From Callorhinchus milii (taxonomy: Eukaryota), in the NCBI RefSeq assembly GCF_018977255.1, contig NW_024704856.1:62001-126000 (forward strand): a DNA stretch of 64,000 nucleotides, written 5' to 3'. A program made the position numbers and the translations under genes. The notes under the pieces were generated by a model, which ran no database searches, had not been told where the DNA came from, and was given only the letters and a program-made list of their open reading frames with translations. This document shows, piece by piece, positions 10,510 to 22,260 of this stretch. Each line of letters opens with the position of its first letter. Position 1 is the stretch's first letter.

Positions 10510-12870
10510 CAACTGGGCTGGTCTCTATGTAACTGGTCTTCTCGCTGTATTAAGCCTGGTCTCTATATAACTCACCATGGGTCTGCATGACAGGCTTGAT
10601 CTCTGCATAACGGGCCTGGTCTGTTTATAACAGCTTGGATTCTGTATAGCTGCCTGGCCTCTGTATAACTGACCAGGGCTCTTTATAACAGTTCTGGTCT
10701 CTGTAGGAAATCTTTGCACAGTGTACAACTGGCTTCATGTCTGTGCAACATCACTGTTCTCTGTTAAAAAGCTCTGGTCTCTGCATAATAGACTTGGTCT
10801 CTGTAAAATTGGCCGAGTGTCTGCATACCAGGCCTGGTCTCTTTATAATAGGCGTAGCCTATGTATAACTGGCCTGATCTCTGTATAAGAACCTCGTATA
10901 TGTATATCGGCTTGGTTTTTGTAAATATGTCCTGGTCTCATATAACAGATCTGGTCTCTGTATAACCGGCCTGGCCTTAGTAAAACTGGCCTTGGCTCTG
11001 CATAACAAACCTGGTTTCTATAGAACAGCAGTGCTCTCTTTTTAACAGGCCTTGACTTTGTATCACAGCTTGAAGTCTGTGTAATAGGCCTGGTCTCTGT
11101 ATAACAGATCTGGTCTCTGTTTAATAGGCCAGGTCTCGCTATAAACTTCTGACCAAGGGTCGTGGAGCAGAAACTTTGACTCACTTTCGTTTCTCCATAG
11201 ATGCTGCCTCACCTGCTGAGTTTTCCCAGCTCTCTCTGTTTATATTTCAGATTTGAGCATCTGCAGTATTTTGTGTTTTGCTCGCTATAACTTCTTGGTC
11301 TATATACAAGAGGCCTGATCTCTACGTAACAGCCGGTTCTCTGTATAACAAGTCTTATCTCTGCAAAGCTCCCTGGTCTCTGTATGAAATGACTGATTCC
11401 TGTATAAATTGTGTAGTTTCTGTGTAACTGGCCTGGACTCTTTATAACAAGTCTGGACTCTGTACGGTCTCTGTATAACTAGACTCGTCTCTGTATAACA
11501 GCTGGTCTGTGTAGAACTGTCCGGTCCTCTGTATAGGAGGCCGAGTCTCCGTATAATTGGCCTCATATCTGTGTAAAAGCTTGGTCTCTGTATAACAGGC
11601 CTTGTTTATCAACAAAAGGCCTAGTTTCTGTATGAGGTGCCTGGTCTCTATAAAAGAGCACTGGTCGCCATATAATAGTATGTCTGCTATCTGTGTAACA
11701 TCCTGGTCCCTGTATAACAGGATTAGTCTGTACATAAAAGGCCGCGTCTCTGAATAACAGCACTGGTGTATGTACAGCAGCACTGTTCTCTGTATAACGG
11801 AACTGGTCTATCAATAATAGCCTAGTCTTTGCGTAGCATGACTGGACTATTTATGATAGGCCTGGTTTCTGTATCACAGCTGGTCTCTGCACAACAGGCT
11901 TTGAATACCTATAAAAGACCTGGTCTTTGTATTAGAGATCTCGTCTCTTTACACGAGAACTGGTCTACATATAACAGCCTAGATCCTATGCAACCAGCGT
12001 AGTCTATGTATAATATTCTTGTGCCCTCTATAACAGTCTCGTCTCTGTAAAACAATCCTTGTGAATGTATAATAGACCTGCTTTCTGTATAATAGCCTCC
12101 TCTCTGTATTATTGGCCTAATCTATGTATAATAGGTATATTCTATGTATTACAGGCCAAGTGTATGTGTAAAAGGTTTGCTGTCTGTTTAACAGCACTGG
12201 TACTTGTACAACAGGACCCGTTTCTTTGCAACAGCACTGTTCTGTGTATAATAGACCTTGTCTATCAATAGCAGCCTAGTATTTACACGACATGCTCGGT
12301 CTGTATATAAGTGACCTGGTTCCTGTGTCGCATTCCGGTCTCTGTTCAACAGTCCTGGTGTCTGCATAACAGGCTTTGACTGGGTATAAAAGGCCTAGTC
12401 TTTGTTTAAGAGGCCTAGTATCTTTGCAAGAGCACTGGTTTACATATAACAGCCGAGACCATATATAATAGCCTAGACTATGTATAATAGGCTTGCTGCA
12501 TGTAGAAAAAGGTTGTCTCTGTCAAACAGGCCTTGCATATGTCTAGCAGGGCTGCATTCTATAAAACAACCCAAGTCTCTGTCTAATCGGCCTAATCTAT
12601 GTATAAACGGTCTGTTCTATTTATAACAGTCGTGGTGTCCATACAGCTGCCTGGTCTCTGTGTAAGAGGCCTAAGATATGTACAACAGTCCTGTTCTTTG
12701 TATAACAGGGAAGATCTGTGTAAACCAACCTGGTCTCTGTATAAAAGGACTAGGTTTTGTGTAACAGGCCAGGTCACTGTATAACAGACCTGGATTCTGT
12801 GCAACAGTCCGGGTTTCTGTGTAAAATATTGCTCTCTGTATAAATAGCCCAGTCTCTGTAAAACAGAAAC
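10510..12870. repeat. Degenerate ~20-bp satellite (ggcctggtctctgtataaca)
   Basis: Recurrent ctggtctctgtataacagg motif at about 20-nt spacing over 2.3 kb. Confidence 0.85.
11151..11280 (+). mobile_element. 130-bp short retro-insertion with target-site duplication (Penelope-terminal-like)
   Basis: Flanked by ctcgctataa(a)cttct (11135-11150 and 11281-11295); body ...agatgctgcctcacctgctgagttttcccagc...gcatctgcag. Confidence 0.65.
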
Positions 12871-13039
12871 CTGGCGGCCGCAACATAGACAGAGAGAGAG
12901 AGAATGAGAGAGAGAGATAGAAAGGTTTTACAAAGTGATGACAAATTTTCAAACGCTCAGATTTTATGATTATTTGTATTTATTGTTTATCGATTTTCTA
13001 TCATCTATTATCTATTATTGATTATTATGATCTCTTATT

Positions 13040-13265
13040 CAAAATCATTAAAAAGCCTGATAATAATCCCTAAGTAAAACAATAATAAAATTATTCGTTT
13101 CAACCCACGGCTGTTTGTGTACCACAGTGATGTGCGCAATTGGCTGCCGCGTTTTCCCACAAATACACAGTCAATTCACGAAACAGTTTAATCTGACGTC
13201 GAGAAGACGTGAAACGCGCTGTATCAAAGGCAACGATTATTGTAATTATAATTATAATTATTATT
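13040..13265 (+). mobile_element. 5'-truncated SINE copy
   Basis: taataatccc...gtgcgcaattggctgccgcg...attattatt. Confidence 0.75.
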
Positions 13266-13269
13266 AAAG

Positions 13270-13620
13270 AGAGAGGACACGGCGACCACTGGTCAGTCAC
13301 AGTCTCTCTCTGTCCCTCTCTCTCTGTGCCGTCACAATCACAGCCACAGCCTGCGGCACAGACCCGGAAACTACAGCTCCCGGCATGCCTCACGGCTCAG
13401 AGCCCTCTGGTGACGGGGCCGGTCCGCGCGGGGCATCCTGGGAGCTGTAGTCAGTGTGAGAGACAGAGACACAGAGACAGACACATGTCCACACAGTCTC
13501 TGTCTCTGTGTCTCTGTGTCTGTCTCTCTCACTGACTGAGTTGGGGAATGAGGGACATGTCCTGACTCTCTGATGTTGATCTGCAGTGTTTGTGCTGGTG
13601 TCAGAGGAGGAGAGATTCAG
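13270..13620. promoter_or_regulatory. Regulatory module: ETS, inverted pair of ZNF143/THAP11-type motifs and a central CTCF-like site
   Basis: ccggaaACTACAGCTCCCGGCATGC (13370-13388); reverse copy GCATCCTGGGAGCTGTAGT (13433-13451); minus-strand TCACCAGAGGGC (13402-13413). Confidence 0.65.
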
Positions 13621-13629
13621 GGGCAGCTA

Positions 13630-15237
13630 TCTGTCAGAGAGTGTGAGTGAGTGTCAGAGAGTGTGAGTGAGTGTCAGAGAGTGTGAGTGAGTGTCAGAGA
13701 GTGTGAGTGAGTGTCAGAGAGTGTGAGTGAGTGTCAGAGAGTGTGAGTGAGTGTCAGAGAGTGTGAGTGAGTGTCAGAGAGTGTGAGTGAGTGTCAGAGA
13801 GTGTGAGTGAGTGTCAGAGAGTGTGAGTGAGTGTCAGAGAGTGTGAGTGAGTGTCAGAGAGTGTGAGTGAGTGTCAGAGAGTGTGAGTGAGTGTCAGAGA
13901 GTGTGAGTGAGTGTCAGAGAGTGTGAGTGAGTGTCAGAGAGTGTGAGTGAGTGTCGGAGAGTGTGAGTGAGCGTCAGAGAGTGTGAGTGAGTGTCGGAGA
14001 GTGTGAGTGAGTGTCGGAGAGTGTGAGTGAGTGTCAGAGAGTGTGAGTGAGTGTCAGAGAGTGTGAGTGAGTGTCGGAGAGTGTGAGTGAGTGTCAGAGA
14101 GTGTGAGTGAGTGTCGGAGAGTGTGAGTGAGTGTCAGAGAGTGTGAGTGAGTGTCAGAGAGTGTGAGTGAGTGTCAGAGAGTGTGAGTGAGTGTCAGAGA
14201 GTGTGAGTGAGTGTCAGAGAGTGTGAGTGAGTGTCAGAGAGTGTGAGTGAGTGTCAGAGAGTGTGAGTGAGTGTCAGAGAGTGTGAGTGAGTGTCAGAGA
14301 GTGTGAGTGAGTGTCAGAGAGTGTGAGTGAGTGTCAGAGAGTGTGAGTGAGTGTTGGAGAGTGAGAGTGGGAGCTGTAGTCAGAGTGAGAGACAGAGAGT
14401 GTGACAGTGTTTGTGGGTGTCAGAGAGTGTGAGTGAGTGTCAGAGAGTGTGAGTGAGTGTCAGAGAGTGTGAGTGAGTGTCGGAGAGTGTGAGTGAGTGT
14501 CGGAGAGTGTGAGTGAGTGTCGCAGAGTGTGAGTGAGTGTCGGAGAGTGTGAGTGAGTGTCGGAGAGTGTGAGTGAGTGTCAGAGAGTGTGAGTGAGTGT
14601 CAGAGAGTGTGAGTGAGTGTCGGAGAGTGTGAGTGAGTGTCGGAGAGTGTGAGTGAGTGTCAGAGAGTGTGAGTGAGTGTCAGAGAGTGTGAGTGAGTGT
14701 CGGAGAGTGTGAGTGAGTGTCGGAGAGTGTGAGTGAGTGTCGGAGAGTGTGAGTGAGTGTCGGAGAGTGTGAGTGAGTGTCAGAGAGTGTGAGTGAGTGT
14801 CGGAGAGTGAGTGAGTGTCAGAGAGTGTGAGTGAGTGTCGGAGAGTGTGAGTGAGTGTCGGAGAGTGTGAGTGAGTGTCGGAGAGTGTGAGTGAGTGTCA
14901 GAGAGTGTGAGTGAGTGTCGGAGAGTGTGAGTGAGTGTCAGAGAGTGTGAGTGAGTGTCAGAGAGTGTGAGTGAGTGTCAGAGAGTGTGAGTGAGTGTCA
15001 GAGAGTGTGAGTGAGTGTCAGAGAGTGTGAGTGAGCGTCAGAGAGTGTGAGTGAGTGTCGGAGAGTGTGAGTGAGTGTCGGAGAGTGTGAGTGAGTGTCA
15101 GAGAGTGTGAGTGAGTGTCAGAGAGTGTGAGTGAGTGTCAGAGAGTGTGAGTGAGTGTCAGAGAGTGTGAGTGAGTGTCGGAGAGTGTGAGTGAGTGTCG
15201 GAGAGTGTGAGTGAGTGTCAGAGAGTGTGAGTGAGTG
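13630..15237. repeat. 20-bp tandem repeat (GAGTGTGAGTGAGTGTCAGA)n, roughly 75-80 copies
   Basis: Near-perfect 20-nt period with an A/G variant; one interruption at about 14355-14420. Confidence 0.97.
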
Positions 15238-15239
15238 AT

Positions 15240-15990
15240 CAAAGAGAATCAGCATTGATTGGTGAACAGTGCGAAAAAAGAAAGTGCATCGAATTGGAGG
15301 TAAATCGCGGAGATGTGCGGAGCCATCCGTTACGGATCCCAAAAATAGCCGATCACATCATTTACTGAGCGGTGAAAAATTTAGCACTGCGGGAGGACAA
15401 ATGTGTTTGGGTGTCCACGTCCACACGTTGTTAAATATAAGCTCTAATTTGCAACAGAAGGTCAAAAATACAAACTGGTTGTTGTTGGTCTTTATCTCAA
15501 CGATAGAGGAGAGGAATTGATGCTTCAAACATACAGAAACTTGGTCATGTTCTATCTGGAGTAATGCGTTCAGTTTTGGGTATCGCACCTCATGAAGGAT
15601 ATATTGAGATTGGATGTGATATATCGAAGAATAATCAGAATGATAACAGGACTCAAATGGATAAATTATATAGGAAGATTGCAAAAGCTTCTACTCAAAT
15701 CCTTTCTGCTTCCAAGGTTGAGAGGCGCTCTGGTTGAGGATTTTAAATCGATAACTTGATTCATTAGTGTATGTACCGATAACCTTTTCCTCTGGTTGGG
15801 AAATCCAAAATAGGGAGACACGAAATTAAGATGCAAAGGTCGGCCATTTACGAGTGACATTTAGTGACCGCATTTGATCCAAAGTGCAGTTGCAACCTGG
15901 AACTTTCTCCCTTAAATGCTCAATCCATTGACATGTTGAATGCTCAGTTGGGTCGATATACTTTAGTTCGGGGCATTAAGGGTCACTGCG
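15240..15990 (+). mobile_element. CR1-like LINE 3' relic
   Basis: gtgtccacgtccac..., gtaatgcgttcagttttggg, gttgcaacctggaac resemble the CR1 ORF2 C-terminus and 3' UTR; no intact ORF. Confidence 0.5.
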
Positions 15991-16329
15991 AAGGATGTCT
16001 ATGGGAAACTAATGAAGAGACGAGGCACGATGCGTAGAAGACGCAACAGACTCGAGGGGCTGAAGGAAAACCTCCTGCTTTTGGGCTTCCCCGTACCTCC
16101 TCCATCGCTCTTGGTGCCCGCTCGGACTTGCATCCTTCGCCGCTCGACTGGACATCTCAAACACCCTCTTTACAGATTTTCCCGTCTCCACCAGCCATCG
16201 GGTCCAAATCATCCAATACTCCGGTGCTCCTCTCCCGGACTGTATTCTGGACCCCGATCCCGCAATGTCCAGCCACGATTTACTGGATCCCCATCAACGA
16301 ACGGGTCGATTTCAAGATCGTCCAATACC

Positions 16330-16525
16330 CCCAAACAATAATTAAATTGGTCATTTTCAATCTACGACTGTTTGTGGGACATTGCTGTGCGCAATTGGCT
16401 GCCGCGTTCGCCCACAAATATACAGTCAATTCACTTTACAGTGTGTTCTGTGAAGCGCTTTGGGACGTCCTCCTGACGTGAAAAGCGCTATATCAAATGC
16501 GAGGATTATTATTATTATTATTATC
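16330..16525 (+). mobile_element. SINE 3' half
   Basis: Near-identical to the body and tail of 1957-2285. Confidence 0.85.
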
Positions 16526-16854
16526 GTTATACTCTTTTCCAAACCCCGCGAAGCGCTGACAGTTCCCTGCCTTCCTGACCCGCTTACCCAACAGACGAAA
16601 TCCCGCTCCATCCGATGGACTGGCTCCAGCGTTCCCCGTATCCCTCCTGTTCCCCGTTCCACCGTTGGCTACGCCCCCGAAGCTCCGGATCTCTCTCCTT
16701 CTATCCCTCCGCCTCGCCCCTTTGCTTTCCCATCGGCTATTCTCCCCTGAAGACCTTCCTATTCGACTGCGTCACTTGTCACCTCCCAGGTGCGTCAGTT
16801 CGGAGTAAAGCTCCTCCACTCTCCAGCGCTCTGAATTGCTGCACTCTCTGAGTG

Positions 16855-17410
16855 GTAGAACCGTAGAAAAAGAGGCCATTCGGCCCATCGTGTCTGTGCC
16901 GGTACTTTGAAAAAGCAATGCAAGTCAACGCCACTCCCCAACCCTTTACCCGTAACCCGGCAAACCCGTCCTCCTCAAATACACGTCCACCGCGTTTTAA
17001 AAAAGTCCTTATCCAATCGGCCTCGACAACCCTTTCAGGCAATGCCTTCCAGATTCGAGCGACTCACTGCCAGAGGAAATTTCTTCTCCCTTCTGCTTCG
17101 TTTAGAGACTATATTAAATCTGTGACCTCCAGTCACCGAGACACCAACCTGCGGACACAGCTTTTCCCTTTCTCACCGGTCAAATCCCTTCATGATTTTG
17201 AAGACATCCGTTGGGTCTCATCGTAACCTTCTCCGCTCCAATGAGAATAACCTGAGCCTCACTAACCTTTTTCGTCATCATCAAGGTCCCTCATTCCTGG
17301 TACCATTCGAGTAGATCTCCTCTGTACCCTTTCCAAAGCCTTACCATCCTTTGCTGTAGTGCGATGGCCAGAACTGGGCGCAGTTATCTAAGCGAAGACT
17401 TACCCGTGTT
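16855..17410 (-). mobile_element. CR1-like LINE 3' relic
   Basis: gaggccattcggcccatcgtgtctgtgccgg..., tcaggcaatgccttccagatt, ccagaactgg are typical CR1 3' motifs. Confidence 0.6.
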
Positions 17411-17949
17411 TGATTTTTGTTGACCGTGACCTCGGATGTTGGCTTATAGACCACAAACGGCTCAACAACACCAACATTGTGATCGCCAGTGTCACCAGCT
17501 CTGCCCTGCACTTCCGAGAGAATATCAACTGCTCAATAACACTCCATCCCATTGCTCTTTTGACTCACACACTGACGTACCTCATCCGAGTCAGCCTCGA
17601 GAGCCATCTCCTTGCGGGCGCCGTGGATGGCCTCTGACTTTCTTGGCGCCTCTCAGCTCCCTCTCCCAGGAAGCGTTTGCCAATGTTTTTAACGGCGTTG
17701 CCTTGGGTCCCCAAATCGGAATTGGCCAGATGGGTCTACGTTTGCACTGACGTTGAAACCTTTCCTTCCAAGAATTATGGAAGACATCTTCCGACGAATT
17801 GTATCATAGAATTGAAAAAAATATTGATATCATGTCTTTGATTTTCAGAAAACTTCTGAAAACGTTTCGTTTTGCTGACGTTCAACGGAAAGTTCCTTCT
17901 AAGAAGGGTCTCAGTTGTCCGACATTGGTTGAAGAAGATTCACGGTTGA

Positions 17950-18002
17950 ACTGTGAGTGAGAAACGGGGATCAATGTGAAGCGCTGACCTCACCTCGTAT
18001 CA
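17950..18002 (+). pseudogene. Small relic of a TRIM SPRY exon
   Basis: Encodes VRNGDQCEALTSPR versus [14 protein letters not shown] in TRIM-A; same position as the larger relic at 44390-44772. Confidence 0.6.
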
Positions 18003-18225
18003 GACAGCGTGTGCCGGTGCGGGTGCGCCTGTGCGTCTGTCTGCGTGTGAGTATGTGTATACAATTATGCTTTACAATATTCTGCACTACCACATCATTC
18101 AAAAAGTGCGGAGAGTTTCTTCTGCTGTCCCGGCTGACGACCCACCAAATTAAAATTGGACGCCCTCTTCACGGCAAATTGAGTGCCACGTTGACCTACT
18201 CAATACCCAGTCTCAATGCTTTACA

Positions 18226-18300
18226 GCAGCAGTGGTCAAGCGGCGGCCCGAGGGCCGCAGCCGTCCCAGTGGTCATTTTCTACGGCCGTAATCATTTCCA
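18226..18300 (+). mobile_element. hAT-Charlie-like transposon end relic (paralog at about 46105-46165)
   Basis: cagcagtggtcaagcggcggcccgagggccgca / ggtgtccaaatggcggcacgcgggccgcatg resemble Charlie-type termini. Confidence 0.4.
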
Positions 18301-19340
18301 GCCTTCCACCTTCCTTGGTCGGAGCACTCGTATGGCCTGACAGCTCATAACGTGCGGTATCAAACTCGAGCAATGCTGGTAACAACACACTTACATTTCA
18401 CACAGACTCTACTTTACATACCAATCTTTTGAAAAATACAGAATGAAATATGACACAGTTGAGTTATCGAAATTCGGTGAAGATTAGTTTATTGGCTGAT
18501 TAGTTAACTGGGCAAACAAAGATCGACAGAACGGCAATAGCATGTACAATTCAGCTACTCGTGCAAGTATTTTACAGAGTGAAATTCCAGGATTAACTTG
18601 CCAGATAATTTGTCTAAACTCTCGAAGCCTCTGTCAATGACTAATAAATACCAACCTCAAGGGAACATTTTATTTTCTTCCCTTTAAAATTAACCAAAGA
18701 TCGACACATGATTGATTTCTTCTACTTTATATATTTTATATTAGATATTAGAAGCCATCTCCAGCCTGTCGTTGCACAATAATCCTACATAAACGACCTA
18801 TCTATTGCTCCTTCCCCACTGATCCACATCTCTCGTGCTCTCTCTCTGTTAAATTTATAACCTGCTCAGCATATAATGTGTCCTTAATTCAACGTGCAAA
18901 TCAACTCGTAATCAAATAATCCATTAACTTTTTGTTTCTTCAAATTTTAGCACGTAACATATTGTGTTTAAGAAAAAATTCTGGTCAAATTGCGACATTT
19001 ATCTCTGGTTATTGAATTTGGATGAGCATGGTTTGAAAGCAATCAGGAACAACAAAATAAAAATAATAATTATAATATTATATAAGAATCTGGAAATTAT
19101 TTTACTTCGCAATCAGGAGGCCTACAGACCTCGAGCTTCAATCATCTGTTAGCTGCACCCTATTTCACATTTTATTGTGCAAATCACCTACCATTTTCGT
19201 GCTAATGTTTAATATCGATCGCAAGGTTTAATATTGATGCTACAGACCGCTTGAAATAAACGCCAACCTATCAATTGTCTTATTAATCTATCATTCGTTG
19301 TCAATATTTCACAAATTACTCTCAAACTGAGACATTTCCA

Positions 19341-22051
19341 TTATTTAAATATGTGTTTAAATGGATAGGTCACCAGAAATTTGACATCCTCTCTGAACTT
19401 AGATTGTGTTAAAGCATAAATGACGGTGTTTGTGCAGCAACTCAAAACCTTAAGAATGTCTATCACTTCTTGGACAACAAACGCTGGGTCTCTGTAACTT
19501 GTGTAGACAAAACTGTCTACAGTTCGTACAATTATGAATCCTATAACATACATCATCCATAACAGGATGAAGCTGCCTGATATGGCGAAGAGTAAAATGA
19601 TGGATTTTCGTCGATTCTCCATCTCTGCATCATTGCGACTTTCGCTGTTCTGGTGCAGGAGGTTCCTGCGGATTCTGTTGGCCGCTAAGATGTGTCTCAC
19701 TGTCACCACGTTCATCAGCAAAATCAGAAAGAATGGAACAAACGGTGATATGATTGTGTAAAACCAGTGAAACCCAATCCATGCTTGAGAGGTGCGGTAA
19801 GCTGCTTTCAACTTGCAATTCCAAGGCACTTTGTTCACTACCACCCACGGCTCAACTATGAAGTACCAGGGAACTGCGATAAAACAGCTCAGGGAAGAAA
19901 TCACTCCTACAACCACGGCTGCTGTTCTCTCGGTGCAATAACTTCTTTTCAGTTTCACACAACAGATGGCGACCAGGCGATCAAAGGTGAAAGCCACTGT
20001 GAACCAGACTGACATGTTTGTCGCCGCCGAAATCAACACCAGTCTGAGTGAACACACGGGAGTGATGTCCAGAAAAGTGTGCGGGAAATAAAGAGAATGG
20101 ATTTCGTTCAAAACCACTTCGTTGACGGCGAACAGGAGATCGGCCACTGCCATTGCCACCAGGTAGAGGGTGATACATTTTGAGAGACCGCACTTTCCCC
20201 GGGACAGGACCACAATGGCCAACAGGTTCCCTGTGAGATAAATGAACAGCAAACAAACATATTTAACTGTTAGCTGCGTAATTTGAAGGTATTGTGCTCG
20301 AACTGCATTCACAGAGCTGTTCTCTACCAATGCTCATGGATTGAATTGATCATTCGTTTTCAAAAATATTTGGAATGCATTACTAAGAGAGATTGAAGGG
20401 TTCAAACATAGTTATCTCGCTTGTTAGGCGACTGCGCCAACCACTGAGCTACAGATATGATTTAACCAATGAACTACAGACAAAGAAAAACCGAGTAACA
20501 TATAAGATGTTCAAACTCATTCTCTGCCTTTCGTCTATTCATTTGGACACTAATGATCTCCTGTGACATTACCATAAAACAGAATGAAGTTTCTCCACGT
20601 CCCCTGGATAAGCATCCACGAAATAAAGTTAGTAGATTGCAATATTCATCATTCTTCTATGTTCAGAATTATGTCAACATTTGGTAGGATCTGGTGAAGT
20701 AAATCCTTTGAATATAACCTGAAATTTTTGGATCAAAATTAACATAAATGTGCGTTCCTTTCATACGAGAACATAAATTGGAAATCCGCCTACACTTGTT
20801 CAAGACGAAGATAACATTTCCACTATTATTGCTAAAAATATACATTACGAAAGCATAATTCACAATAAAATCAAAATATGTAAAGGGCACACACGCATTA
20901 AAATTTCGCATCTAAACGCAAATAAACTTGATCACATGTATCTGTTCTACTTGGTTATTTTATTTTGGGAAAGAAAGCTTCCAGCATTTCTTGCATTGAT
21001 TAAAATGAAGTTACAAAATAATTGAAAACAATTCAATCATTCTATTGATGATCAGATACCGATGATTCCGTGGTTCTCCAATGCTTTTCTCCGTGGACTG
21101 CCCAGCTATTCTGTTCACAACATTCATCTCATTCAAAGCACCAACATATCCTCACTCCTATAATCTCCGCAGTTCCATCAATCTAGTACTTGCCAGGCTT
21201 CCCTGCCTCCTTCCTAGAAAACACAATAATAATAATCCTTGCATTTGATATAGCGCTTTTCACGTCGGGAGGACGTCCCAAAGCGCTTCACAGAACACAC
21301 TGTAAAGTGAATTGACTGTATATTTGTGGGCGAAGGCGCACAGCAATGTCCCACAAACAGTCGTGGATTGAAAATGACCAATTTATTATTGTTTTTGGTT
21401 TTGGAGGGATTATTATTAGGCTCTGTGTGGAGTAAGGACACTTGCCCAAGGTTTGGCCCTTGATACAAGGGTATCAAGATTGTCAAAACATCTGCAAACC
21501 GTTCCTACCCTGGAATCTCTCTGGCTCTCAACCTACTGACAGAACTGGCCCGTCCAGCCGCTGACTCGCTCATATGCTCACACATCCCCCACCGTCAGAC
21601 ATTCTTACAGCCAATATGTCCTGAAACACTGGACGCTCAATGTCTTCACATCACACCATTTTGAGCGATCATCAGATCAGACCGGAAGATATTTCGCTTG
21701 GATTGTGTCTATGGTCACCTAAGTTACACGCGAGGTAGCGAGCAGGCCATCAAACATAAGGGTCACACTATCAGTCTCACAGCGAGAGCAGAGAGGGTTG
21801 AGCCAACCACAGAATGATATCCTTCTGGAGACATCAAAAAAGACATCAGCGGAATAGGAGGCACAGCTGGGCAAGGAAACGTAGATGAGTGTGCCATAAA
21901 AANGCTTGTGGTACATAGGGATACAAGTAAAATGCTGCTGTAACTTATTACCTGTAATACCAATAGCTGCAAGAATAGGATAATAAACTATCAGTATCCG
22001 ATAAATTGTTGGCAAATACTGCCACGGAAAGTAGGCTACAGCCCTCAACAT
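19341..22051 (-). CDS. GPCR1: GPR139-like class A 7TM receptor, 329 aa
   Basis: Exon 1 22051-21952 (100 nt, MLRAVAYFPW...AAIGIT), exon 2 20230-19341 (890 nt), phase-1 GT-AG intron, 990 nt in frame; GNLL (TM1), MAVADL (TM2), FTFDRLVAIC (DRY variant), ENRRKS, CCTNTVIY (NPxxY variant). Confidence 0.9.
21224..21455 (-). mobile_element. SINE copy in the GPCR1 intron
   Basis: Reverse complement of the SINE body and tail. Confidence 0.85.
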
Positions 22052-22104
22052 TGTCTATCAGCAGCGGATAGACTTTCAGTCCTGGACATTCAAAGCTGCC
22101 AGTC

Positions 22105-22260
22105 TTTATAACCCAGGACTGTCTCCACCTGGAATAGGCTATTTGCACCAATGATTGTGTAACGCCAATGTTTCGCTGCTGGCACCAACTGCTGACTGGA
22201 TTCCTTGGGGGAGGTAAGCAGGATCTCATGGGGGCTGAGCCACATTCAAGGTGACGTGTG
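22105..22260 (-). promoter_or_regulatory. GPCR1 proximal promoter (TATA box plus CRE-like site)
   Basis: TATAAA about 55 nt before the ATG; ggtgacgtg near 22250; both conserved in GPCR2 and GPCR3. Confidence 0.55.

Noticed and set aside
10525-12952. Many short Tyr/Arg/Thr-rich ORFs (YTETRPVIQRPG-like)
   Set aside because: Products of the 20-bp satellite; the period is not a multiple of 3
13630-15237. Possible CRISPR-like or telomeric array
   Set aside because: Contiguous 20-mers with no unique spacers, eukaryotic context, and not TTAGGG
20231-20330. Single-exon start (MVENSS...) for GPCR1
   Set aside because: Intronic read-through; a conserved 100-nt exon 1 with correct phase and splice sites exists in all three paralogs
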